Assembly: GCA_963783305.1 (NCBI GenBank) | Contig: CAWAMW010000007.1 | Coordinates: forward strand, 352,001-416,000 | DNA from: an uncultured Gemmatimonadales bacterium | GTDB lineage: Bacteria; Gemmatimonadota; Gemmatimonadetes; Longimicrobiales; RSA9 | Length of the DNA stretch: 64,000 nt | Reading direction: 5' to 3' | Shown: positions 1 to 10,278 of the stretch, one piece after another | Layout of the letters: each line of letters opens with the position of its first letter | Numbering within the stretch: position 1 is the first letter of the stretch | Notes under the pieces: generated by a model | What the model was told of the DNA's origin: nothing | Databases searched by the model: none | Seen by the model: only the letters and a program-made list of their open reading frames with translations | Program-made: the position numbers and the translations under genes

Positions 1-1796
1 TTCCCCTTCCTGTCGGGCACGTACGCGTAGAAGCCCTTTCCGTTCTTCTGCCCGAACCGCTCGGCCTCGAACATGGCATCGATGGCGGTACGGTCGGGGC
101 TCGACATCCGGTCCGGGTATGCCTCCGCCATCACCGCGTTGGCATGGTGGGCCGTGTCGATGCCCACCACGTCCAGCAGGTAGGCCGGGCCCATCGGCCA
201 GCCGAACTTCTCCATCACCGCATCGATCCGGAGGAAGTCCACCCCTTCGCTGACCAGCTTCATGAAGCCGGCGAAGTAGGGGAAGAGCACGCGGTTGACC
301 AGGAAGCCCGCACAGTCGTTCACGACGACCGGCGTCTTGCCCATGGCCAGCGCGTATGCGACGGTCGTGGCGACCGCCCGCTCGCTCGACTCCTCGCCCC
401 GGATGACTTCCACCAGGGGCATCCTGTGGACCGGGTTGAAGAAGTGCATGCCGCAGAAGTTCTCCGGCCGCTCCAGCCCTTCGGCGAGCCGAGTGATGGA
501 GATCGTCGAGGTGTTGCTGGCCAGGATCGCCTCGTCCTTGACGTGGGCTTCGGCCTCCGCCAGCACCGACTTCTTGATCTTCTCGTTCTCCACCACCGCT
601 TCCACGACGATGTCCACGTCCCCGAAATCGCCGTAGGTGAGTGTCGGGCGGATCCGGGTCAGGACATCCGCCATCTCGTCCGCGGTGATCTTCTCGCGGG
701 ACAGCTGCTTCCCCAGAAGCTTCCGCGCCTCGGCCAGACCGAGATCGATGGCCTTCTCCGCGATGTCCTTCATCACGATGGGGACGCCCTCGGACGCCGA
801 CTGGTAGGCGACCCCACCTCCCATGATCCCCGCGCCCAGCACCGCGGCCGACTCCACCTTCGGAGCGGTCGCCGCCATCTTCTTCGCCACCTTCTTCACG
901 TACTGGTCGCCCAGGAAGATCGTGACGAGATTGGCGGCGGTGGGAGTCTTGGCCATCCGCGCGAACCCCTTCGCCTCCACCCTCAGCGCGTCATCGCGAC
1001 CCATCGTCGCCGACTGCTGAATCGCCTTGATCGCGGCGACGGGCGACGGGTAGTTCGGGCCCGCCTTGCCAGCGACGAAACCCTTCGCGGTCTCGAACGC
1101 CATCATGCTCTCGACCATGTTCAGCTTGAGCGGCGAGATCTTTTCCAGCCGGCGCCCCTTCCAGTCCCTCCGGCCCGCCATGGCCTGCTCGAGCAGATCC
1201 AGCGCGCCCTCCCGCAGCTTCTCCGGCGCGATCACCGCGTCCACCACACCCGTCTTCAGCGCCGTCTCGGCGTCGTACTGGCTGCCGCCAGCAATCCACT
1301 CGATCGCGTTGTCCGCTCCGGTGAGGCGGGAGAGCCGTACGGTGCCGCCGAATCCCGGGAAGATCCCCAGCTTCGTTTCCGGCACCCCGACCTTCGCCGT
1401 GGTGGCCATGACGCGGTAGCTGGTCGTGAGCGCGACCTCGAGTCCGCCGCCGAGCGCGACGCCGTTGATCGCCGTCACCGTCGGGAAATCGAAATCCTCG
1501 ATCGTCGAGAAAACCCGGTGCACGTCCAGGAGCCAGTCCACCAGCTGATCTTCCGCGTAGCTGAAGTAGTCCGTGAACTCGGTGACATCGGCTCCGACGA
1601 TGAAACCGTCCTTCCCGCTGGTCACAAGAAGGCCCCGCACGTCCTTGTCGGCGTCGAGGAGCGCCACCACCTCACCGAGCTCGTCCAGCGTCGCCCGGTT
1701 GAACTTGTTGACGGAATCACCCTGGAGATCGAACCGTAGCTCCACAATCCCGTTCTCGAGTTCGGAACACTGAATCGACTGCCCTTCGAACGTCAT
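1..1796 (-). CDS. fadB: Fatty acid oxidation complex alpha subunit (enoyl-CoA hydratase/3-hydroxyacyl-CoA dehydrogenase); 3' end lies outside the window
   Basis: Not in the ORF track because it runs off the edge. Manual translation gives [23 protein letters not shown]...VNKFN...GADVTEF...ALGGGLE...[14 protein letters not shown], then [23 protein letters not shown] and GMHFFNP. GGAGG RBS upstream. Confidence 0.95.
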   Translation of the reverse strand, partial: MTFEGQSIQCSELENGIVELRFDLQGDSVNKFNRATLDELGEVVALLDADKDVRGLLVTSGKDGFIVGADVTEFTDYFSYAEDQLVDWLLDVHRVFSTIEDFDFPTVTAINGVALGGGLEVALTTSYRVMATTAKVGVPETKLGIFPGFGGTVRLSRLTGADNAIEWIAGGSQYDAETALKTGVVDAVIAPEKLREGALDLLEQAMAGRRDWKGRRLEKISPLKLNMVESMMAFETAKGFVAGKAGPNYPSPVAAIKAIQQSATMGRDDALRVEAKGFARMAKTPTAANLVTIFLGDQYVKKVAKKMAATAPKVESAAVLGAGIMGGGVAYQSASEGVPIVMKDIAEKAIDLGLAEARKLLGKQLSREKITADEMADVLTRIRPTLTYGDFGDVDIVVEAVVENEKIKKSVLAEAEAHVKDEAILASNTSTISITRLAEGLERPENFCGMHFFNPVHRMPLVEVIRGEESSERAVATTVAYALAMGKTPVVVNDCAGFLVNRVLFPYFAGFMKLVSEGVDFLRIDAVMEKFGWPMGPAYLLDVVGIDTAHHANAVMAEAYPDRMSSPDRTAIDAMFEAERFGQKNGKGFYAYVPDRKG

Positions 1797-1816
1797 GGGA
1801 GCCTCCGTTTGGCAAC

Positions 1817-1834
1817 TGAATGAGCGCTCATCAA
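1817..1834. promoter_or_regulatory. Palindromic operator TGAATGAGCGCTCATCAA upstream of fadB
   Basis: Perfect 12-bp core palindrome ATGAGCGCTCAT just 5' of the fadB RBS. A near-identical site lies before fadD (57623-57634). Confidence 0.65.
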
Positions 1835-2149
1835 GCGGCTGTTGGTCAGCCCGGTCGGCCGCCGCCGCGTCCAGATCGAGGCGAGGAGCCTCTACTGACC
1901 GTCCGGGCAATAACTCTATAACTGGGGTCCGCGCGGGGACCTGGCCAGAGGGGTTTCCCTTATTCTGATGCGGGGGAAGGGACTACGCCTCGCATGCGGG
2001 GTCCGAGAGGAGGGGGCCGTCGACCGGCGAGACGGGTCACCCTGGTCGGGAAGAGCGCCCCCGTCCTCGACGTCGTGCCCGCGGGATGGCAGCGGCGGGG
2101 GGGCTTCGATCAGTGCCGAGGCCGAGGCCCTGCTGATGCCGTCGTCCGG

Positions 2150-3061
2150 CTACGGTGAAGTGTCGCGCTTCTCCACCTCGATGGAGATGAAGTGAACCCG
2201 GCTGTTCCGGTCGCGTATCCGGCGCTCGATCCGATCCACCGCCTGGTCGATCTGCCCGGCATCGAGGTCCGGCCGGAACTCCAGATCCAGGTTGGCGAGG
2301 ATTGCATCCGGGCCGACGTGCATGGTGCGGATCCGTACGACGTCCTTCACGTCGTCATCCGAGATTGCGGCCTCCCGTATCTCGGCCACGTCCTCGGGCG
2401 TGCCCGCCTCGCCCACGAGCAGGCCTCGGCTCTCCCACGCGAGGACCCCGGCCACGACCATGAGGACCATGCCGATGAGCACCGATGCGCCCCCGTCGAA
2501 GTAGGGGTTGCCGAAGGTGGACCCCGCCCACACCCCCACCATGGCGATCACCAGCCCGGTCAGGGCGGCGGAGTCCTCGAGCAGGACGGCGAAGGCGGTG
2601 GGGTCCTTGGCGCGGCGGATGGCCGACCAGAGTCCGAACTCGCCGATGGAGCCCCGGAACTCCCGGTAGGCCACGAACAGCGCCGAGCCTTCGAACACCA
2701 TGGCGGCCGCGAGGACGATATAGCTGAGAGTGGGGTCGGAGATCGGGGACGGGTGGAGGAGGTGTTTGATCCCCTCGTAGATGCTCACGCCGCCGCCCGC
2801 GGCGAAGATGAGCATTGCCACCACCAGGCTCCAGAAGTAGACCTCCTTGCCGTAGCCGAACGGATGGTGCGTATCGGCGGTCCGCCGGCTGCGGCGCAGG
2901 CCCAGCAGGAGGAGGAACCCGTTCCCCGTGTCTACCAGCGAGTGGATCGCCTCCGACAGCATGGCGGAGCTGCCCGAGATCGCCGCGGCGATGAATTTGG
3001 TAATTGCGATGAGCGCGTTGCCCGCGATCGCCGCGTATATGGACTTTCGTCCGCCTGCCAT
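2150..3061 (-). CDS. Cation diffusion facilitator family transporter
   Basis: SAMLSEAIHSLVD, HPFGYGKE and LLEDSAA motifs, TM helices and a C-terminal dimerisation domain. Start reassigned to MAGGRKS (GAGGGG RBS). Confidence 0.92.
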   Translation of the reverse strand: MAGGRKSIYAAIAGNALIAITKFIAAAISGSSAMLSEAIHSLVDTGNGFLLLLGLRRSRRTADTHHPFGYGKEVYFWSLVVAMLIFAAGGGVSIYEGIKHLLHPSPISDPTLSYIVLAAAMVFEGSALFVAYREFRGSIGEFGLWSAIRRAKDPTAFAVLLEDSAALTGLVIAMVGVWAGSTFGNPYFDGGASVLIGMVLMVVAGVLAWESRGLLVGEAGTPEDVAEIREAAISDDDVKDVVRIRTMHVGPDAILANLDLEFRPDLDAGQIDQAVDRIERRIRDRNSRVHFISIEVEKRDTSP

Positions 3062-3254
3062 GTGCCCCCTCGAGCCGATCGAATCCGCGGATAGTCGTGC
3101 GGGTGAATCGGCCCACGCTCTCCTGATTCCCCCCTGGTTCGGGCGCGGCAGAGTGCAAGGATCCGGCCGCGGGAGCGGCCTTGGACACGCGGCCGGCGCT
3201 ACGGCGACCCGCTCACTCGCCCGGCGCCGCGCGCTCAGGGTCCTCCCGATCTCA

Positions 3255-3494
3255 TCAGATCGCCTGCTCCGCGACGAAGACCTCGCCGTCCAGGTCGTCG
3301 AGCTTCCGCTGCATGTAAGCCCGAGCGTCCTGGACCGCCTGGTTGTAGATCTGTGGACCAATGGTGTCGAGAAAGAAGTCCAGCAGCAGCTCCGCCCGGA
3401 ACGCGCTCAACTCCTCTTCGAACTCCTGCAGATAGATCCCTCGCAGGCTCTCGATCATCCGGCCGCGCCGGTCGTCATCCAGTTTCAGCGACAT
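3255..3494 (-). CDS. DUF2164-type small protein
   Basis: AELLLDFFLDTIGPQIYNQAVQDA signature, 79 aa. Confidence 0.8.
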   Translation of the reverse strand: MSLKLDDDRRGRMIESLRGIYLQEFEEELSAFRAELLLDFFLDTIGPQIYNQAVQDARAYMQRKLDDLDGEVFVAEQAI

Positions 3495-3624
3495 GCTGTA
3501 GGTTCGGGGTTCGGGTGCTGGGAGCAGGTCGGTGGCAACTCCGACAAACTAGGCGTGGGCGTGCCGTGGGGACAACGGCTAAGCCGGCCGCTCGAAACCC
3601 GCGGGTGGCGAACGAGTCGAGGGG

Positions 3625-4101
3625 TCACACGAGGTGGTAGAACGTCCCCAGGATAGCGCCGAATACCACGTGGGAAGCCAGCCCGAAGAGCGGCGTCCTC
3701 CGACCGTAGTTGAGGGCGAAGAAACCGGGCGGCTGGAGGGCGCGGCGGGCGGACGGCCCTTCGCGCTCCGTGGCCATCCGCGGGTGAATGGACGGCAGAA
3801 ACGGCATCAGGACCAGGACCACCCCCGAATGCACCATCCCCAGCAGCGCTCCGCTCCACCAGGACGCGTGGCCCAGGCTCTGGAACGCGGCCGCATAGCC
3901 GAAAGCGAAGATGTAGCCGTTGACGATGTGGATGCCGGCGCCCAGGAAGGGGGCGAGCCGACGGTTCGAGGTCACCATGGTGCCGAGGATGTAGGGCAGG
4001 CTCATGCGGGTCCAGCCGCGGAACATGGCTCCTTCCAGAAGGGTCGTCATGACGATGGTGGCGATCCCGCCCCAGATCAGCGTGTCCATGACGTTCACCA
4101 T
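3625..4101 (-). CDS. Conserved hypothetical membrane protein (about 4 TM), last gene of the ASRT operon
   Basis: Hydrophobic ORF with TRMSLPYILGT, IHPRMA and PPGFFALNYG. AGGAGG RBS. Directly follows GH15. Confidence 0.75.
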   Translation of the reverse strand: MVNVMDTLIWGGIATIVMTTLLEGAMFRGWTRMSLPYILGTMVTSNRRLAPFLGAGIHIVNGYIFAFGYAAAFQSLGHASWWSGALLGMVHSGVVLVLMPFLPSIHPRMATEREGPSARRALQPPGFFALNYGRRTPLFGLASHVVFGAILGTFYHLV

Positions 4102-4114
4102 TCCCGCGCCTCCT

Positions 4115-6019
4115 TCATGTCTGACCGGCCTCCGAAGCGGTAGCGGGCCGCGTCGTCTCCGGCGCCCGTGCCCGCTCGTCGGGTGCATCGCCGCGGGCGC
4201 GGGCGATCTCGACCGCGGCGGAGATGAGACCCACATGGCTGAACGCCTGCGGGAAGTTGCCGAGGAGCGCGCCGGAGCGCGGGTCCAGCTGCTCGGCCAT
4301 CAGCCCCACGTCGTTGGCGAAGGAGGCGGCATGCTCGAGAACCCGCTCCGCCTCATCGGTCCGGCGCTGCATCGCGAGCAGACGCGCCTCCCAGAAGCTG
4401 CACGCGTGAAATGCGCCCTCGCCAGGGGGGAGCCCGTCATCGTAGCGGTAGCGGTAGAGGAGGCCGTTGGACCCGAGCCGCTCCCGGACGCGGTCGAGGG
4501 TGGCCGTCATCCGGTCGCTGCCCGGCTCCGCGTACCCCATGACCCCCAGAAGGAGGAGTGCGGCGTCCACCTCGTTGGAACCGTCCCAGGCGACGTAGCT
4601 GTCCACCTCCGGGCTCCACGTGTTCTCCTCCACCCAGCGCCGGATCGCTTCCATCTCGCGCCTCACGACGCTGTGCGGGCGCCGGAGCCGGATGCGGCCG
4701 TCCAGGGCCAGGTCGAGGATGCAGCGGAGTGCGACCCAACAGAGCGCCCTGGAGTGGGTGTAGTGCCGCCGGGGGTCGGCCACCTCCCAGATCCCGTTGT
4801 CGGGCTCACGCCAGCTGTCGCACACCACCTCGGCCACCTGGCCGAGCAGTGCGGCCTCGCTGTGGTCGAGCTCGCCGCCCCGCTGAACGAACACCCATGC
4901 AGAACGAGCCACCTCGCCGTACAGATCGAGCTGAAACTGGTGCACCGCCCCGTTCCCGATCCGGACCGGACGCGACCCCCGATACCCGGCCAGGTGCTCC
5001 AGATCGGATTCTGGGCGATCGGTGCGGCCATGGACGTCGTACACGACCTGGAACTCGGGTGCGGTCAGCCGCGTGGCGCCCAGGAGCCAGCCCAGAAAGG
5101 CCTCGCCTTCTTCCGTGAACCCGAGGTGGAGGAGAGCCTCCAGGGTGAGGGAAGCATCGCGGAGCCAGCAGAAGCGGTAGTCCCAGTTCCGTACGCCGCC
5201 GGGGTCTTCCGGCAGCGAGGTGGTGGCCGCGGCCAGCATCGCGCCGGAGGGCGGGTAGACCAGGAGCTTCAGCGCCAGCAGGCTGCGGACGACCTGTTCG
5301 CGGTGGGGGCCCCTGTAGCTCGACCTGCTCACCCACTCCCGCCACCAGTCGCGCGTTTGGCCCAGCCGCTCGTCCGCCGCCGCGCCGAGCGGTGCCGCGG
5401 CCACCGGACCGGCGTGCTCGCTCGTCAGCGACAGGTAGGCCCGGTCGCCACAACGCAGCGTCGCGCGGCCGGTCCACGCCCCGGCGGAACCGGTTGGTTC
5501 GAGGGGGATGTCGGAGCGAAGCAGGAGGATGTCGGAGCCTCCCCCGAACTGGATCCCGAACCGCCCGGCACGCCGCGCATCGGGTGCCCGGCGACCGTAG
5601 TCGAAGCGGGGATCGCACAGCGTCTCGATCTCCACCTCGCCGGCGAGGCATTCGACCCGCCGCAGGATCTCGTGGTCGGCGGTGAGTCCGTCGCGGGCCG
5701 GGTGTAGACCCGTCAGGATCATGGCATCGGTGAGCCGGACCGTGCCGGTGTCGGTTCGGAAGGTGGTCTCGAGAACGTTGGTATCGGGCGCGTAACGGCG
5801 CTCCGACCGATAGTCGGCTACGGGCGCCACGCGGAACCGGCCGCCGCGATCAGTGTCGAGGAGCGCGCCGAATACGGAGGCCGAGTCGAAGCGCGGCAGA
5901 CAGTACCAGTCGATGGAACCGCCGCGGGAAACCAGCGCGGCCGTGCGGCAGTCGCCGATCACGGCATAATCGCCGATGTCCGGCTGATCGGTCCCGGCGC
6001 GCCGCTTCGCGTCCGTCAT
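4115..6019 (-). CDS. Glycoside hydrolase family 15 (trehalase/glucoamylase-like)
   Basis: [32 protein letters not shown] and GNFPQAFSH motifs. Confidence 0.93.
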   Translation of the reverse strand: MTDAKRRAGTDQPDIGDYAVIGDCRTAALVSRGGSIDWYCLPRFDSASVFGALLDTDRGGRFRVAPVADYRSERRYAPDTNVLETTFRTDTGTVRLTDAMILTGLHPARDGLTADHEILRRVECLAGEVEIETLCDPRFDYGRRAPDARRAGRFGIQFGGGSDILLLRSDIPLEPTGSAGAWTGRATLRCGDRAYLSLTSEHAGPVAAAPLGAAADERLGQTRDWWREWVSRSSYRGPHREQVVRSLLALKLLVYPPSGAMLAAATTSLPEDPGGVRNWDYRFCWLRDASLTLEALLHLGFTEEGEAFLGWLLGATRLTAPEFQVVYDVHGRTDRPESDLEHLAGYRGSRPVRIGNGAVHQFQLDLYGEVARSAWVFVQRGGELDHSEAALLGQVAEVVCDSWREPDNGIWEVADPRRHYTHSRALCWVALRCILDLALDGRIRLRRPHSVVRREMEAIRRWVEENTWSPEVDSYVAWDGSNEVDAALLLLGVMGYAEPGSDRMTATLDRVRERLGSNGLLYRYRYDDGLPPGEGAFHACSFWEARLLAMQRRTDEAERVLEHAASFANDVGLMAEQLDPRSGALLGNFPQAFSHVGLISAAVEIARARGDAPDERARAPETTRPATASEAGQT

Positions 6020-6041
6020 CGCGCTCCGCTCCCCCATGCGG

Positions 6042-9000
6042 TCAGCCGCGGTGGGTAAGGGCGTGACCGACCTTCCACGCCAACCAACCCGCGCCGACGC
6101 CCACCGCGAGCTTCGCGGCGGTGGGTACCCGAGCGCCGTCGGCGGTCCCCACATCAGACCCGGCGGCGGCCGGCAGACGTCCGGCACGCTCCATGGCCAT
6201 ATGGACCACCTCCGCCGGATGCAGTGGCCGGGGGAGGTGATTCTGCTCGATCATCTCCCGGCACGAGAAGCCGCCGGTGATCACGAGGGTGCTCGGCTCG
6301 GCGTTCCGCAGGGCGGGGAGGAGGACTCGTTCGCCACAGGCCTGAGAGACCTCGTAGTGCTCCTCTTCGAATCCGAAGGAGCCGGCCATCCCGCAGCAGC
6401 CGGAGTCCAGGACCTCGTAGTCGAGACCGAGGCGGTCGAAGAGCGCGGTCTCGGTGTTGAAGTCCAGGACCGATTTGTGGTGGCAGTGCCCGTGGACGAG
6501 GGCTTTCTCCCCCTCGAGCCGCCCGAGGTCCGCGTCCGAGGCGTGCTCGGAGAGGAATTCGGTCAGCAGGTATGTCTGCCTGGAGAGCCGCTTTGCGTCC
6601 TTGTCGTGGGGAAAGAGGTTCAGGAGCTCATCGCGCAGCGTGGACACGCAGCTCGGCTCCATGCCGATCACCGGTGTGCCCGCGCGGATCTCGTCGCGGA
6701 GCTCGTCCAGGATCTGCCGGAGGAGGTGCTTCGCCATCGTGAGCATGCCGTAGTCGTAGAGCGGTCGGCCACAGCAGAGCATCGCGCGCGGGATGACCGG
6801 CCGGAACCCCGCTCCCTCCAGGACCTCGACGGTGGTCTTCGCGATATCCGGATGAAAGAAGTTGTTGAACGTGTCGGGCCAGAGGAGCACCCGCTGCCCG
6901 TCCACGGTCGAGCCGCCGCGGCGGCGGAACCAGTCGCGGAAGGTCTCCTCGGCGAACTCCGGCATCTCCCGCTCGACCGCCACGCCGCCGATCTTCTTGA
7001 TCAGGGTGGAGAGGCCGGGCGCCCGGGCGGCCCGGTTCACGAGGCGCGGGGCGATCTGAGCGAGTCGGGCCCACCAGTGGATCAGGCCCATGGCGTAGGC
7101 GCTGCGGGGGCGCAGCCGGCCCTCGTAGTAGTGGGAGAGGAACTCGGCCTTGTAGGTGGCCATGTCCACGTCCACCGGGCAGTCGCCCTTGCAGCCCTTG
7201 CAGGCGAGGCACAGGTCGAGGGCCTCCTTCACCTCCTCGCTCTTCCAGCCGTCCTGGACGGTCTGGCCCCGCATCATCTCGTACAGCAGACGCGCACGTC
7301 CGCGCGTGGAGTGCATCTCCTCCCGTGTCACCATGTACGACGGGCACATCGTCCCACCGTCGTGGCGCCGGCACTTGCCGACGCCAACGCAGCGGATGGC
7401 GGCATTGTGGAAGGCGAAGTCGTCGTTCGGGAAGCTGAAGTGGGTGTCCAGCTCCGGCGGATCCCACTCCACGCCCAGGACGAGGTTCGAGTCGGGCGGG
7501 TACGCGTCGATCACCTTGCCCGGGTTCATCTTCCATTCCGGGTCCCAGATCCGCTTGAACTCGCGGAACGCCTCCATCAGCTCCTCGCCGAACATCTTCG
7601 GCAGGAGTGCGCCGCGGGCCTGCCCGTCGCCGTGCTCGCCGGACAGGGAGCCGCCGTACTTGAGCACGAGGTCGGCGGCGTCGTCAATGAAGGCGAGGTA
7701 GGTGTCGAGTCCTTCGCGGGTCTCGTAGTCGAAGTTGATCCGGCAGTGGACGCACCCCTGTCCGAAGTGACCGTAGAGGGCGGCCCGGTAGCCGTACTCA
7801 TTCATCAGGTCGCGGAACTCGCGCAGGTAGTCGCCGCAGTGCTCCGGCGCGACGGCCGCATCCTCCCAGCCCTCCCAGGTGGCATCCATGCCCGGGACGA
7901 AGGCGGTGGCTCCGAGGCCGGACTCGCGCACCTCCCAGACCTTCTGCTGCTCTTCCTTGTTCGAGATCAGACGCATCTCGCGCAGGTGCTCGCTGGTGCC
8001 CTCGATCTCCGCCATCGCGGCGCGGGCGCGCTCCTCCGCCTCCTCGACGGTATCGCCTCCGAACTCCACCAGCAGCCAGCCGTGCCCCTCGGGCAGGAAG
8101 TCCAGGTAGTCGGCGTGGAGCCCTTTCAGCTTCATGAAGTTGGGCAGGTTGTCGTCGATGCCTTCGAGTCCCAGCGGCTTGTGCCGGCTGATCTCCACCA
8201 CGTGGTCCGCGGCGTGGTAGATGTCGTGGTATCCGAGGATCAGGAGGACGCGCTCGGCCGGGTCGGGGATAAGCCGAACCTTCGCCTCCAGCACGATCAC
8301 CGCCGTGCTCTCGGTGCCCACCAGGGCGCGGGCTGGATTGAACTCGCCGTCGGGGAGCAGGGCAGGGAGGTTGTAGCCGGAGACGCGGCGCGGGATGTCC
8401 GGGAATCGCTCCCGGATCTGGTCCTGGTAACGTTCCCCCAGCTCCCGCAGGTCGCGGTAGATCTGGCCGCGTCGGCCGCCCGCCGCGATGATGCGCTCCA
8501 ACTCCTCGGGGTCCGTGGCCGCGACGGTCATCTCCTGGCCGTCGTAGGTGAGGATGCGGAGCTCGATGACCTGGTCCTCCGTCCGTGGACCAGGCCCGTA
8601 ATGCTCGGCCATGACCGAGTGGACGCCGCACGAGTTGTTGCCGATCATCCCGCCGAGGGTACAGCGGCTGTGCGTGGCGGGGTCGGGTCCGAACGTCAGG
8701 CCCTGGGACCCGGCGGCACTCCGCAGGTCGTCCAGCACGGTACCCGGCTGGACGCGTGCCCACCGCTCCTCGGCGTTCACCTCCAGTACGGCACCCATGT
8801 ACTTGGAGAAGTCCAGCACGACGGCCGCGTTGCAGCACTGGCCCGCCAGGCTGGTGCCCCCGCCGCGGCCCAGGATGGGCGCCCCGTGCTCGCGCGCGAG
8901 CCGAACGGTCTCCCGGACATCGTCATCGTCCCTGGGAATCACCACGCCGATGGGGACCTGCCGATAGCTGGAGGCGTCGGTGGAGTACATTCCCCGCGTG

Positions 9001-9131
9001 CCGCGGTCGAACCGCACCTCGCCCCGGATCACTTCCATCAGCGCCCGCTCGAGCCCCGTGGCCTCGATGGACGCCGCCTCGCCGGACGCGCTGGGGAGAC
9101 CTGGGGTGCCGGATCGAATGAGTGTGGACAT
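6042..9131 (-). CDS. FAD-binding and Fe-S-binding oxidoreductase (GlcD/GlcF-like fusion, 2-hydroxyacid dehydrogenase family)
   Basis: RGGGTSLAGQ, GGMIGNNSCG, SGEHGDG, CVGVGKC, CLACKGCKGDCP and two CCG motifs. Confidence 0.93.
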   Translation of the reverse strand: MSTLIRSGTPGLPSASGEAASIEATGLERALMEVIRGEVRFDRGTRGMYSTDASSYRQVPIGVVIPRDDDDVRETVRLAREHGAPILGRGGGTSLAGQCCNAAVVLDFSKYMGAVLEVNAEERWARVQPGTVLDDLRSAAGSQGLTFGPDPATHSRCTLGGMIGNNSCGVHSVMAEHYGPGPRTEDQVIELRILTYDGQEMTVAATDPEELERIIAAGGRRGQIYRDLRELGERYQDQIRERFPDIPRRVSGYNLPALLPDGEFNPARALVGTESTAVIVLEAKVRLIPDPAERVLLILGYHDIYHAADHVVEISRHKPLGLEGIDDNLPNFMKLKGLHADYLDFLPEGHGWLLVEFGGDTVEEAEERARAAMAEIEGTSEHLREMRLISNKEEQQKVWEVRESGLGATAFVPGMDATWEGWEDAAVAPEHCGDYLREFRDLMNEYGYRAALYGHFGQGCVHCRINFDYETREGLDTYLAFIDDAADLVLKYGGSLSGEHGDGQARGALLPKMFGEELMEAFREFKRIWDPEWKMNPGKVIDAYPPDSNLVLGVEWDPPELDTHFSFPNDDFAFHNAAIRCVGVGKCRRHDGGTMCPSYMVTREEMHSTRGRARLLYEMMRGQTVQDGWKSEEVKEALDLCLACKGCKGDCPVDVDMATYKAEFLSHYYEGRLRPRSAYAMGLIHWWARLAQIAPRLVNRAARAPGLSTLIKKIGGVAVEREMPEFAEETFRDWFRRRGGSTVDGQRVLLWPDTFNNFFHPDIAKTTVEVLEGAGFRPVIPRAMLCCGRPLYDYGMLTMAKHLLRQILDELRDEIRAGTPVIGMEPSCVSTLRDELLNLFPHDKDAKRLSRQTYLLTEFLSEHASDADLGRLEGEKALVHGHCHHKSVLDFNTETALFDRLGLDYEVLDSGCCGMAGSFGFEEEHYEVSQACGERVLLPALRNAEPSTLVITGGFSCREMIEQNHLPRPLHPAEVVHMAMERAGRLPAAAGSDVGTADGARVPTAAKLAVGVGAGWLAWKVGHALTHRG

Positions 9132-9162
9132 CTGCCTTGCCGCTCCAGTCGGTGTCGGGGTC

Positions 9163-10272
9163 TCAATAGACCCGGTATTCCTCCGCGTCGCGCTCCTTCA
9201 GCTCCAGCCCGATCCCGGGGCGCCCGCGGTCGGGACGCAGCGTGCCGCCTTCGGGGGCCATGGTGCCATCGATCAGCAGGTCATCGATGCGCGCGTGGTC
9301 GTGGAAGTACTCCAGGTGGAGCACGCCCGGTGCCGCACAGCAGACGTGCACGTCCAGCTGCGGCGCCGTGTGGGCGGAGATGGGAGTGCTGAACGCGGCG
9401 CAGACTTCTGCCGCGCGCAGGAACCCCGTGTAGCCGCCGCACTTGATGGCGTCCGGCATCACCACGTCCGCGGCCTCTGCCTCGCACATCCGTCGGAAAT
9501 AGAAGACGTCCCAGCCGTACTCCCCGGCCGCGACGCGCATGCCGGCGGGAATCCTGGACCGGATCCAGCGGAGCCCCGCCAGGTCGTCGGAGCTCACCGG
9601 CTCCTCGAACCACGACACGCCGTGCTCGGCGAACCGCTGCGCCATCCCGATGGCCTGCGCTCGCGTATAGCCGCCGTTCGCGTCCACGAAGAGCTCGGGT
9701 CCGACGCCGATGGCTTCCCGCGCGGCGCGCACCCGCTCCGGGTCGCGATCCGGCTCCCGACCCACCTTCATCTTCACCCTGGGGATGCCCATCTCCACCC
9801 AGCCCGCAAGCTGCGCCTGGAGCCGCTCCACCGAATACGACGTGAACCCACCGCTGCCGTACACGGGACACTCGCTGCGGCGCGCCCCCAGGAGCACGCC
9901 GACGTTCGCGTCCAGCAGCTTGCCCTTCAGGTCCCAGAGCGCCACGTCCACCACTCCGATCGCCGACATGACCAGCCCCGGATGCCCGATGTTCCGCGTC
10001 TCGTGGAGCATCGCGTCCCACGCGCCCGCCGTATCCACCGCGTCCGTGCCCACCACCACCGCCGCGAGCTTCTCGTCGATCAGGCGCGCGCCCGCCGCGT
10101 CCACGAAGCCGTAGCCGAACCCGCGGACGCCTCCCGCCTCCACGTGCACCGTCGTCAACGTGGTCGAGCGCCACCGCAGCGTTCCGTCCGACTCGGGCTG
10201 CGTCTCCGTGGGAACCTTGTAGGCGCCCACCGAGAGCGAGTCGATGGCCACGCCGTCCGCGAGCCGCGCCAC
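9163..10272 (-). CDS. Enolase superfamily protein, mandelate racemase subgroup
   Basis: DVALWDLKGK, KMK, VDAN, FEEP, AGEY, SAH and PGIG motifs. Confidence 0.92.
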   Translation of the reverse strand: MARLADGVAIDSLSVGAYKVPTETQPESDGTLRWRSTTLTTVHVEAGGVRGFGYGFVDAAGARLIDEKLAAVVVGTDAVDTAGAWDAMLHETRNIGHPGLVMSAIGVVDVALWDLKGKLLDANVGVLLGARRSECPVYGSGGFTSYSVERLQAQLAGWVEMGIPRVKMKVGREPDRDPERVRAAREAIGVGPELFVDANGGYTRAQAIGMAQRFAEHGVSWFEEPVSSDDLAGLRWIRSRIPAGMRVAAGEYGWDVFYFRRMCEAEAADVVMPDAIKCGGYTGFLRAAEVCAAFSTPISAHTAPQLDVHVCCAAPGVLHLEYFHDHARIDDLLIDGTMAPEGGTLRPDRGRPGIGLELKERDAEEYRVY

Positions 10273-10278
10273 GCCAGG

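Noticed and set aside
144..1739. 531-aa plus-strand ORF and other long antisense ORFs (6036-9392, 10969-12768, 18106-20169, 50436-53132, 55736-58540)
   Set aside because: Shadow ORFs of high-GC genes on the opposite strand. They have no family motifs, while the opposite frames do.
2005..2070. Imperfect hairpin between the CDF gene and the fadB promoter
   Set aside because: Expected by chance at this GC content. No U tract and no second copy.
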